DNA from: a virus
Taxonomy: Duplodnaviria > Caudoviricetes
DNA: 33,034 nucleotides
IMG/VR virus record: IMGVR_UViG_3300012232_000034
Coordinates: 1 to 33,034 of that record
Direction: 5' to 3' (one strand)
The position numbers and the translations under genes were made by a program. Positions 26,083 to 33,034 of this stretch are shown in pieces. The first letter of the stretch is position 1; every line of letters starts with the position of its first letter. The notes under the pieces are model-generated. The model did no database searches, was not told the origin of the DNA, and was given only the letters and a program-made list of their open reading frames with translations.

Positions 26083-26805
26083 ATGTCACGCATTACCACG
26101 ATCACCCTTGCATCCTTACTCATCACGGGTTGCGGCCACGCCGAAACCATTACGGGCGCATCACCGGTAACGGCGCCTGCAACCGTCGAGGCTACACCCA
26201 CGCGGGTCACCCCGGTCATTACATGGGGGCTGGACCGTTCAGGCGAACACCCCGGCGTAGTCGTTACACCATCCATCAAGGTCGAGTCAATCGTCATCAT
26301 CGCGGACGGGGCCGCGTTGTGGGTGTCACCCGGCGTGCATGTTGAACTGCCTCACTGGGGGTGGTATACGGTGCAAGGCTTTGCGACCGGTGCATGGTCA
26401 GAGCCCTTCGCGTTCGAGGTCGTAGCCAACCCCAACGGGTCCGGGGAGCGGGTAACACCTACGTTACCAATCCCCGCCGCCTACAATCAAACCCGTTGCA
26501 CCATAGCGGCAGACTTCGGTCCCGGTCAATCAGAAGTGCTCACGTTCAACGCGCCGCCCGGCAACTACGCTGTAACCGCCACAACCTACGAGGTCAACCA
26601 CGCGCCCGGCTTCCAGCTAGGGCAGGTAGAGACGGTTATGATCGGCGGGTTTGGGTCTACTGAGGACGTAGGCGACCTTGAGAACGTCCATGTCAGTCCG
26701 GCATGGTCAACCCCCTTGGCAGTCAACGAAGTTCGCGTCACGGGGCTGCGAGGCTCCTTGCATGGCCGCCCTAGCGCGGTGTGCGTCACGGTAGAATCGA
26801 GGTGA
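26083..26805 (+). CDS. Putative lipoprotein
   Basis: TCCACAGGAG leader; MSRITTITLASLLITG|C lipobox-like signal. Confidence 0.75.
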   Translation: MSRITTITLASLLITGCGHAETITGASPVTAPATVEATPTRVTPVITWGLDRSGEHPGVVVTPSIKVESIVIIADGAALWVSPGVHVELPHWGWYTVQGFATGAWSEPFAFEVVANPNGSGERVTPTLPIPAAYNQTRCTIAADFGPGQSEVLTFNAPPGNYAVTATTYEVNHAPGFQLGQVETVMIGGFGSTEDVGDLENVHVSPAWSTPLAVNEVRVTGLRGSLHGRPSAVCVTVESR

Positions 26806-26808
26806 GAT

Positions 26809-26934
26809 ATGAAACGGCCGACATTCAAAGAACAGTCCAAACTGTGTAGCCACAAAACGCTTGAACGCGTGTTTACGGCAGACCCCAACGAGGTCATCTT
26901 TCGATGCACGGGTTGTGGGGGCTATTCAAAGTAG
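26809..26934 (+). CDS. 41-aa zinc-ribbon microprotein (not in the ORF track)
   Basis: GAGGTG RBS; MKRPTFKEQSKLCSH...FRCTGCGGYSK. Confidence 0.6.
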   Translation: MKRPTFKEQSKLCSHKTLERVFTADPNEVIFRCTGCGGYSK

Positions 26935-27014
26935 TAGCATTGTGCATCGTGGCCGGGGGTCACCCTTCGGCCACCTTGCAGAGTGCTAGTGCTCTTGTCC
27001 ACAGGAGATACACC

Positions 27015-27197
27015 ATGAGACAGGCTTATGTAGTCCAATGGCAAACCCCAAGTATGCCCGCGCCTGCGTTTTGGTATTACGCCAAACGCGAGAATGCACA
27101 GGCGATAGCCGACAGCTTCTCAGTCTTTGATTGGGTAAGCGTCCGACCGGCTGTTGTGCCCTGCAACACCCCGCTGTTAGATGAGGCCAAGCCATGA
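27015..27197 (+). CDS. Early hypothetical protein
   Basis: TCCACAGGAG leader fixes the start at ATG 27015. Confidence 0.75.
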   Translation: MRQAYVVQWQTPSMPAPAFWYYAKRENAQAIADSFSVFDWVSVRPAVVPCNTPLLDEAKP

Positions 27198-27325
27198 CCA
27201 TCACCCTTACCTTCACCATCGGTCGTTGGCCCGGTGTCCTCTACGTCATCAAGGAAGGCGTCGAGGCGATTCTGCGGTTGGCTAATGTCGAGGCGTGGAC
27301 GTGGAAGACAGAGGTGCAACCATGA
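27194..27325 (+). CDS. 43-aa microprotein (not in the ORF track)
   Basis: ATGA coupling at both ends; GAGG RBS. Confidence 0.6.
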   Translation: MTITLTFTIGRWPGVLYVIKEGVEAILRLANVEAWTWKTEVQP

Positions 27326-27591
27326 GTGCGAAGTTTACGCCGGGGCCGTGGCAGACGCACGTTGGACACGACGCCACAGGTTATCCGTGTTTCTTCATCC
27401 ACGGCATGTCAGGCGATGCAAAGCGTGACGTAACCACACTTGAGGCCAACGCCCGCCTCATCGCGGCGGCGCCCGACATGCGACGACTTATCGAACGTGT
27501 CGCAAGCGGTCACCTCGGCTCAACTGAACTACGAGAGGCTATCGCCATGCTCGCGCGTATCGACGGCGACGAAAGGTTGGCGATGCGATGA
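27322..27591 (+). CDS. Phage hypothetical protein, TPGPW...ANARLIAAAPD family
   Basis: GAGGTG RBS; family motifs. Confidence 0.8.
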   Translation: MSAKFTPGPWQTHVGHDATGYPCFFIHGMSGDAKRDVTTLEANARLIAAAPDMRRLIERVASGHLGSTELREAIAMLARIDGDERLAMR

Positions 27592-27770
27592 GGATGAGTC
27601 AGGACACCGTTAGCACGCCGATTGCAATCGCCAACACCCTATGCGCCCTACGTCGTCAGCGTGCGGTCCATCAGGCCGAGGTCGAGAGGTTGACCACCCT
27701 CATCGCCAACGCCAAACGCGACCGTGCTGTCTGTTCCGTTTTGAACACCAACCCCACAACCCCCGCGTAA
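27588..27770 (+). CDS. Small coiled-coil hypothetical protein
   Basis: ATGA coupling; 60 aa. Confidence 0.55.
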   Translation: MRMSQDTVSTPIAIANTLCALRRQRAVHQAEVERLTTLIANAKRDRAVCSVLNTNPTTPA

Positions 27771-28004
27771 TCAGCGGGTTAGCTAAGGGAAAATTTACCT
27801 AGTGCAAACCTCTACAGGGAATGCTACGGTAACGGAATGGGCGTGGTGAAGGTTAGCATGCGCTAACCGCCACTCCTGTGGAGGGTCATGCGGGGGCGGG
27901 GCGGCCAGATAAGCGGGTAGCCCGGCCCCCAGTGACCTCTACAACGATTCAACGCCGAATGCTACAAAGGTTCAGCATCTTTTACAGGGAAGTGAGTAGA
28001 GTTC

Positions 28005-28562
28005 ATGTCGATGACCACACTCACGTTGCCTTCGCCGGGGGCATCACCGGTTGTTTCGAGTCCGCATCGGTTGAGGTATTTCAGGCACCACACGGTAATC
28101 GACGGGGGCGACAGCCACACCCCTACAGGCCCGCAACCCGCGCGTCGAGGCGAGCTAGGGAACTGCCTCTTGTGCCTAGGGAACTGCCTCTTGTGCCAAG
28201 AGCCGGCCATCACCCATTTCGATACCACCGGCGTCTTTGTCGGCTGCACTGAAGGCACGCACGGTATGCGGTTTGACCTCGTGCCCGTCGCCGTTGTGTC
28301 ATCCGTCGCGCACAAGGAAGGGTTTGTCTGGGCGTATAACGCCACGCCGGAGTCCGACGCGTTCGTCGCCCGTATGGAACACAGCGACCGCAAGACCGTA
28401 GCTTTGTTTATGCAGTCGTCCGAGGGGCGAACAGGGGTGACAACCAAGAGGGTCGTCCACGCGACCGGGTTGTCGCAAGGGTCGGTATCCAACGCCCTCA
28501 ATCACTTCAAGCGGAAGGGTATCGTGGTCGCCACGTTGCCTGACGGGAATGGCGACGAGTAA
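28005..28562 (+). CDS. Putative DNA-binding protein with C-terminal winged helix-turn-helix
   Basis: VTTKRVVHATGLSQGSVSNALNHFKRKGIV; start uncertain. Confidence 0.65.
   Translation: MSMTTLTLPSPGASPVVSSPHRLRYFRHHTVIDGGDSHTPTGPQPARRGELGNCLLCLGNCLLCQEPAITHFDTTGVFVGCTEGTHGMRFDLVPVAVVSSVAHKEGFVWAYNATPESDAFVARMEHSDRKTVALFMQSSEGRTGVTTKRVVHATGLSQGSVSNALNHFKRKGIVVATLPDGNGDE
28155..28196 (+). repeat. Perfect 21-bp tandem duplication
   Basis: CTAGGGAACTGCCTCTTGTGC x2, encoding LGNCLLC twice. Confidence 0.9.
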
Positions 28563-28661
28563 GGCCACGCCGGGTTGGTTCGTATAATCTCTCCCCTACC
28601 CTCAAAGCCCCGGTGTGGTAGCCGGGGCCAATTACCAACTCCGAACACCCCGAGGTAAACC

Positions 28662-28919
28662 GTGACCCAGCCAATCCGTATCCTGTTAGTGCCGCGCCAA
28701 ACCGTGACGTTAGCGCAAGTCACCGAGCAGCACAACGTGATCGTCCTCATGCCGTCCGATTCAGCGCGGTTGTATTCGCTCGTCAGCGACATCCTCGACC
28801 ACCTTGAAGTGGAACGTAACCGCCGCGACCGCACACACCTTCCCACCGACCACGAAACCGACGCGATTGAACGCGCGGTGGACGTGCTGGCGATACTGGA
28901 CGAGAACATCGTCGTATGA
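28662..28919 (+). CDS. Hypothetical protein
   Basis: GAGGT RBS before GTG. Confidence 0.75.
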   Translation: MTQPIRILLVPRQTVTLAQVTEQHNVIVLMPSDSARLYSLVSDILDHLEVERNRRDRTHLPTDHETDAIERAVDVLAILDENIVV

Positions 28920-29083
28920 CAACGGCAGAGGATGAACTGATGCGCATTATCGCTGCGGTAGAGCGCCTAATTAAAGAGTGGCGTGAAGCAGCAGCATGTG
29001 AATTTGACCACGGCAACCAGTATTACGCACAGGGCGTGGATATGTGTGCCGACCGCCTTGAATCTTTGATGGACGAAATCTAA
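28916..29083 (+). CDS. 55-aa hypothetical protein (not in the ORF track)
   Basis: ATGA coupling; MTTAEDELMRIIAAVERLIKEWRE...CADRLESL. Confidence 0.65.
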   Translation: MTTAEDELMRIIAAVERLIKEWREAAACEFDHGNQYYAQGVDMCADRLESLMDEI

Positions 29084-29094
29084 AAGGAGACTCA

Positions 29095-29547
29095 ACGCTC
29101 TCACTCATCTTCGCCCTGCTCATCGGGGCGACGGCGCCACTACCCTACCCACCCTCCCCACTACAACCTGTCCCGTCGTTCGGCTCGTATGAACTCGACC
29201 GAGCCTGGGGCCAAGTCATGCGCGTCTACCCAGAGACGCGGCTAGTCAAGCATCTTGTCGTAGTCAACGAAGGCAGCATCCGTTACGCCATGACTGGTTG
29301 GGACGGAGCGTCCATTTACGTTTACGCGAACTACATCCAAGCGGAAGCCCGCTGGCTACACCGCCCTTACATCATCATCGATTTGCCAGCAGACGAACTG
29401 CTCGCACACGAACTTCGCCATGTGCATCAATTTCACTTTGATGGCGTGACTTCAGCTAATTGGCCGCTTGAGGGCGGGTTAATGGAAGCGGACGCGTATG
29501 CGGAAATCGCACGCTACCGCGAACGAAAGAGTCAACAACCCAAGTGA
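29095..29547 (+). CDS. HEXXH zinc metallopeptidase-like protein, probably secreted; apparent ACG start
   Basis: LLAHELRHVHQ...MEADAY; frame open upstream of ATG 29218 through the hydrophobic LSLIFALLIGATA to an ACG just after AAGGAG. Confidence 0.65.
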   Translation, partial: TLSLIFALLIGATAPLPYPPSPLQPVPSFGSYELDRAWGQVMRVYPETRLVKHLVVVNEGSIRYAMTGWDGASIYVYANYIQAEARWLHRPYIIIDLPADELLAHELRHVHQFHFDGVTSANWPLEGGLMEADAYAEIARYRERKSQQPK

Positions 29548-29927
29548 CACAGCCCACGCCTATCACCATTCATATCCCTGCCGGAAAGAACTTCGACCGG
29601 CAAATTGAAGTGTGTCGTCACACGGCACGGAAAGAGAAAGCAACCGTGATTATCGAGCGCAGCGTTGAGCGGCGGGACGGGTCCAAACGGGTGATACCGA
29701 TCATGGAAATCACGCCGAACGGCGATGTCCGCGAGATTGAGGTCAATACGTTTCGGGTGTCCGTGCTGGAGCACACGGCGCTGGCGCATTTGGACTACCT
29801 CGACGGGCGAATGAATCGTCGCGCGGCCGAGGGGCATGCACGGCTGAACGAACTTGGGCGAGTGAGCGCGGACTACATCGCCGCCGACCGTGACAACCGA
29901 CGCGGCCGACTGAAGGTGGGCCGGTGA
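29544..29927 (+). CDS. Hypothetical protein
   Basis: GTGA coupling at both ends. Confidence 0.7.
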   Translation: MTQPTPITIHIPAGKNFDRQIEVCRHTARKEKATVIIERSVERRDGSKRVIPIMEITPNGDVREIEVNTFRVSVLEHTALAHLDYLDGRMNRRAAEGHARLNELGRVSADYIAADRDNRRGRLKVGR

Positions 29928-30112
29928 GACCTTACGACCGCAACCAATGCAGCTTCTGTGGTCGCGACTTCAAAAAGCTCTGTGAGAACGACCTATGCGT
30001 AGACGTCCGAATGAGCTACGAGCGGGTTGACCTCCGCGATGAAGTCATGAGCCTCACCTTGAATCGATTCATTGAGCAGGCTGAACGGCAATTTGCCGAG
30101 GTGAGCCGGTGA
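29924..30112 (+). CDS. Small Cys-motif hypothetical protein
   Basis: CSFCG...C....C; GTGA coupling. Confidence 0.65.
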   Translation: MRPYDRNQCSFCGRDFKKLCENDLCVDVRMSYERVDLRDEVMSLTLNRFIEQAERQFAEVSR

Positions 30113-30420
30113 GCCACACCCCCGGCCCGTGGACGTGGTGTAGGGATACTGGATACCCGGAAACACGCCTTACACAAGTGGGTGTTGCTCTTGATGTAGC
30201 GGGTCTGCCCGTAGAACAAGTGTTGTCCATCTACGAGAGTCATGGTGGGGGTAACACGCCTAGCGAGGCTGATGCTGCCCTTATCGCCGCCGCCCCCGAC
30301 CTGTTGGAAGCACTAGAAGAAGCAAAGGCGTGCCTCATCATGGAAGGCTACCGCACACAGCACGGCTACGCAGTGCTCACGCAGATTGACGCCGCCATCG
30401 CGAAAGCCCGCGGCCTGTGA
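30109..30420 (+). CDS. Phage hypothetical protein, HTPGPW...LIAAAPDLLEAL family
   Basis: GAGGTG RBS; family motifs. Confidence 0.8.
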   Translation: MSHTPGPWTWCRDTGYPETRLTQVGVALDVAGLPVEQVLSIYESHGGGNTPSEADAALIAAAPDLLEALEEAKACLIMEGYRTQHGYAVLTQIDAAIAKARGL

Positions 30421-30647
30421 TGACACCGGAACAACGGGAGGAGCTAATCACCCGCCCGTTTTTCATCCGCTACATGCCGCCCTCCTACCCCCACGGCGGC
30501 ACCATCGTCAACGACAACTTCCTCGACCCCCACAGCCAGGACAACTACCTGATTGTTGGCGGGAAACGGATGCGGTTGACCCGCGATGGCAGTCTCATGG
30601 GGTTTCAGGTGGTCAATGGCCGGCCGTTTGTCGAGGAGGTGAAATGA
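30417..30647 (+). CDS. Hypothetical protein
   Basis: Coupled to both neighbours. Confidence 0.7.
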   Translation: MMTPEQREELITRPFFIRYMPPSYPHGGTIVNDNFLDPHSQDNYLIVGGKRMRLTRDGSLMGFQVVNGRPFVEEVK

Positions 30648-30829
30648 GACCCGAGAAAGACTACATGGCGGAGCATCGTTGCGCCCACTGCCGTCGTTCA
30701 TGGCAAGAGTGCTGTGAAGACGACCCGTGCCCGTGGTTTCGCGCGGAGTATCCGACGTTGGGTAACCCCGTCGAGAACGTCTTGGTGGCCGATTGTCTTC
30801 GGTCAATGGAGCAGGAATTTACGGCATGA
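30644..30829 (+). CDS. Small Cys-rich hypothetical protein
   Basis: GGAGGTG RBS, ATGA coupling; CAHC...CC....C. Confidence 0.65.
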   Translation: MRPEKDYMAEHRCAHCRRSWQECCEDDPCPWFRAEYPTLGNPVENVLVADCLRSMEQEFTA

Positions 30830-30984
30830 AGAAAACCAAGATGCGGGGTATCACTGACGCTAAACTCGCGGCGATTCTGCTTGAGCACCACAACGTCATC
30901 AACGCCCACACAGTCATCCTCCGCGACCTTATCGCCAAGATAGGCAAGCTGGAGGCAGATACCCCCGCCGATGACGGCGCTTAG
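30826..30984 (+). CDS. Small hypothetical protein
   Basis: ATGA coupling, AGGA RBS. Confidence 0.6.
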   Translation: MKKTKMRGITDAKLAAILLEHHNVINAHTVILRDLIAKIGKLEADTPADDGA

Positions 30985-31795
30985 CTGGCGGCCGGGGCTC
31001 GCCGATACCTGTGTCGCATCGGCGCTACCCGGTGAAGTCAACGCCTACGACACGCTCGCCGCCCACGGCTACCCCAACCGCCATTGGCTTGTCGGAGTCC
31101 AATCCGAATCCAGCATGGCGTCGTCATGCACCGGGGTAGATGCGCAATCGCTACCGATTAATTGTGGTGGGGCATTGACACTCGCGTTCGAGCCCTACCT
31201 CGGTCAGTCTGCAGCCCGGCTCCGCACGAACTTCATCGACTACGAACACCCCTGTGAAGGCGAGAACTGGACATGGTTCAGCATCCTCGACCATATCCAG
31301 CATGGGGGTGGGCCGCTACCGGCGCCCGACGCTATCGAGGTCTACACCCGTGTCGTTTACAATGAAGTGGTGGGTAATCTACCCACGCGACTTGGCAACA
31401 TCTCCGGCATCACCCGCATGGGCGTCACTCTCCAAGCCTTCTGGGACGGCATGGCGCATCTCGTCGACGTCGTCCTCTACCAGCACGAACTCTGGGGCGA
31501 TGGACATGCGGCCCCCGACGTCGTCTGGAACCAAGGCATCCCCGGCGTGTTCAACTACGTAGTCCTAGACGGCCGCTACACGGCCCCAGTCTGCGCTGTA
31601 ACGCGTAACGAAGACCGAGGTGTGCTTATCCCCTACAATCGCATCCTTCTCGACCTGATGGCGCGTGGGCTGCTGCCATACCCCACCGGCCCGTGGGTGG
31701 TTGGGAGTGTGGGCATCTTCACCGAAGTCCACAACCTGACCCGGATAGGTGCGGCTGCGGCCGACCTACTGGTCAAAGAACTGAGGGTGTTCTGA
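30971..31795 (+). CDS. Hypothetical protein (274 aa)
   Basis: Long ORF with phage-like codon usage; no motif recognised. Confidence 0.7.
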   Translation: MTALSWRPGLADTCVASALPGEVNAYDTLAAHGYPNRHWLVGVQSESSMASSCTGVDAQSLPINCGGALTLAFEPYLGQSAARLRTNFIDYEHPCEGENWTWFSILDHIQHGGGPLPAPDAIEVYTRVVYNEVVGNLPTRLGNISGITRMGVTLQAFWDGMAHLVDVVLYQHELWGDGHAAPDVVWNQGIPGVFNYVVLDGRYTAPVCAVTRNEDRGVLIPYNRILLDLMARGLLPYPTGPWVVGSVGIFTEVHNLTRIGAAAADLLVKELRVF

Positions 31796-31884
31796 TCGAA
31801 CTCGCCGCGTTCGCCGCCGGCCTCGCCTGGATTGTCTACCTCGTGGTGTGGGGTGATAACGACCCCGAGGACGACACCGAATGA
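31792..31884 (+). CDS. 30-aa single-TM microprotein; probable CTG start
   Basis: CTGA overlap with the upstream stop, GAGG RBS; IELAAFAAGLAWIVYLVVW followed by an acidic tail. Confidence 0.5.
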   Translation: MIELAAFAAGLAWIVYLVVWGDNDPEDDTE

Positions 31885-31994
31885 AGCGCACTAAGCGCAC
31901 CAAGTTGCCAAAACGGTGCAAGTTCGTGTCTTTGCGAGGTTGCATCATCTGCGTGAAGCACTGGACACACGACCGATTGAAGGACTGCAAATAG
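31881..31994 (+). CDS. 37-aa basic Cys-rich microprotein (not in the ORF track)
   Basis: ATGA coupling; MKRTKRTKLPKRC...CIICVKH. Confidence 0.5.
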   Translation: MKRTKRTKLPKRCKFVSLRGCIICVKHWTHDRLKDCK

Positions 31995-32103
31995 GGTTCC
32001 CTACTTAGTATAGGGAGGGGGTTTTCGACACCCCGTAACCCGTTGTGAACACACGAGATAAAACTACGGGTGTAAAACGCCTGTCAATATTGGAGGTCAC
32101 ACC

Positions 32104-32733
32104 GCGAGACTACTAGACCTGTTCTGCTGCGCCGGCGGAGCGTCGATGGGGTATTACAAGGCGGGGTTTACGGACATCGTTGGTGTTGACATCAATCCCC
32201 AACCTCACTACCCCTTCACGTTTATCCAAGCCGACGCGGTAAATTACGCCAAAGCGCACGGCGCGGAGTTCGACGCCATTCACGCAAGCCCCCCGTGCCA
32301 AGCGTGGACGCTGGCCCAACGAATCCGCCAACGGCAACACCCAGATTTCATTGTGCCGATACGTCAAGTGCTCCAGCAGTTGAGGGTGCCCTACATCATC
32401 GAAAACGTAGAGGGCGCACCGCTTGTGTCACCCGTGTTGTTGTGTGGGGCGATGTTTGGGTTATGCACCTACCGTCATCGGTTGTTCGAGTGTTCTTTTC
32501 CCGTTCTGGCGCCAGAGCACCCGCCTCACGTAGCGCGGATAACCAAAATGGGCCGGCGGGTGAAGCCGGGGGAGTTTATGCACATAGTTGGTAATTTTTC
32601 AGGGGTAGAGTTGGCGCGGAAGATTATGGATATGCCGTGGGCTACAAGGAGGGAGTTGCGAGAGGCTATCCCGCCGACGTATACCGAGTATCTTGGTGCT
32701 CAACTGATGCAGGTCGTGCGGCGTGTGGCGTGA
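32104..32733 (+). CDS. Short C5 cytosine DNA methyltransferase; apparent GCG start
   Basis: Motif I RLLDLFCCAGG lies upstream of the tracked ATG 32146; motif IV ASPPCQ, VI IIENV, VIII RHRLF, X-like EAIPP; GGAGGT RBS at 32092-32097. Confidence 0.85.
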   Translation, partial: ARLLDLFCCAGGASMGYYKAGFTDIVGVDINPQPHYPFTFIQADAVNYAKAHGAEFDAIHASPPCQAWTLAQRIRQRQHPDFIVPIRQVLQQLRVPYIIENVEGAPLVSPVLLCGAMFGLCTYRHRLFECSFPVLAPEHPPHVARITKMGRRVKPGEFMHIVGNFSGVELARKIMDMPWATRRELREAIPPTYTEYLGAQLMQVVRRVA

Positions 32734-33034
32734 CTGACCCCGACATCGAGTATGACAATCCGATCATCTCCATCCTCTACGCCGAGGCCCGCGAACCCGA
32801 CTGGCTCATCCCCAACGTCATCCTAGCCGGCACCCTCGTGTGCTGGGCTGGGGCGCCAGCGGCCGGGAAGTCCTCGGCCTGCTACACGGCGGCGATTGCG
32901 CTCGCGTCAGGCTGCTCCGGGTTCAGCGGGATCATCCCGGCTACCAACACCCCCAAGAAGGTGCTCTACTTCGATCAGGAGAACAGCCCGCAGAACCGCG
33001 ACAAGTATATCCAGCAGGCGTGGCACGGGTTGGT
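32730..33034 (+). CDS. AAA_25 / RecA-family replicative helicase, N-terminal part (runs off the window)
   Basis: GTGA coupling; PDWLIPNVI...GAPAAGKS (Walker A)...KVLYFDQEN. Confidence 0.8.
   Translation, partial: MTDPDIEYDNPIISILYAEAREPDWLIPNVILAGTLVCWAGAPAAGKSSACYTAAIALASGCSGFSGIIPATNTPKKVLYFDQENSPQNRDKYIQQAWHGL

Larger units (their letters stand above)
23592..26988 (+). repeat. Family of five intergenic fixed-geometry hairpins
   Basis: 23592-23640, 24394-24443, 25636-25696, 26004-26052, 26935-26988; 14-nt arms around a variable GC-rich stem-loop, with compensatory changes. Confidence 0.8.
23027..27008 (+). repeat. Dispersed leader repeat TCCACAGGAG (extended Shine-Dalgarno)
   Basis: Exact copies start at 23027, 23301, 23652, 24452, 25704, 26062 and 26998; variant TCCTACAGGAG at 25427; each lies 6-11 nt before an ATG. 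Confidence 0.92.
1..33034. mobile_element. Tailed bacteriophage/prophage genome segment, likely podovirus-like, with a diderm host
   Basis: Terminase, portal, scaffold, capsid, adaptor and nozzle-like genes; no tape measure or sheath gene in the window; dense small early genes; a PEP-CTERM protein, a lipoprotein and sigma54 motifs suggest a Gram-negative-type host. Confidence 0.93.

Noticed and set aside
23583-26988. Canonical integron attC sites (several stops read TAAC; GTTAAGC at 23630 fits GTTRRRY)
   Set aside because: No matching RYYYAAC/GTTRRRY pairs bound the hairpins, their mismatches are symmetric rather than extrahelical, and no integron integrase is in the window
23592-26988. Intergenic hairpins as intrinsic terminators
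   Set aside because: Most lack a U-tract and they share conserved internal mismatches that terminators do not need
23027-27008. CRISPR array interpretation of the repeated motif
   Set aside because: The repeat is only 10-11 nt, spacing is irregular (hundreds of bp) and the intervals are protein-coding genes
23226-27295. Longer upstream starts from the ORF track (23226, 25375, 25670, 26029, 26904, 27295)
   Set aside because: The repeated leader or a clear RBS marks downstream ATGs; the extensions run through hairpins or the previous gene
1-33034. tRNA genes, integrase, lysis genes, reverse transcriptase/DGR, alternative genetic code
   Set aside because: None recognised by eye; genes end normally at TAA, TAG and TGA with tight coupling, arguing against stop-codon reassignment; lifestyle cannot be determined from this window

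Overview
A 33-kb segment of a GC-rich tailed (Caudoviricetes) phage or prophage, probably podovirus-like, with two divergent arms. The minus-strand arm (about 20.9 kb down to 1) is the late/morphogenesis operon: terS, terL, scaffold, major capsid, a minor capsid protein, a cupin plus glycosyltransferase-like insert, portal, three signal-peptide-bearing proteins, an adaptor-fibre fusion, a nozzle/tubular protein and a tail-collar protein. An inverted PEP-CTERM gene interrupts it. A largely non-coding control region (about 21.0-22.75 kb) carries sigma54-type motifs and palindromes. The plus-strand arm (22.76 kb onward) is a run of small early genes, followed by a short C5 DNA methyltransferase and the start of an AAA_25/RecA-like helicase. 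Four things stand out. (1) A cassette-like early array in which a covarying hairpin of fixed geometry (5 copies) and the leader TCCACAGGAG (7 exact copies plus 1 variant) precede unrelated small genes. (2) Four genes whose apparent start positions hold GCG, ACG, CTG and CTG, each one C-to-T change from a canonical start. (3) Sigma54-type motifs overlapping oppositely oriented late-promoter candidates. (4) Secreted proteins inside a virion operon. All product calls come from motif recognition by eye; no database searches were run.
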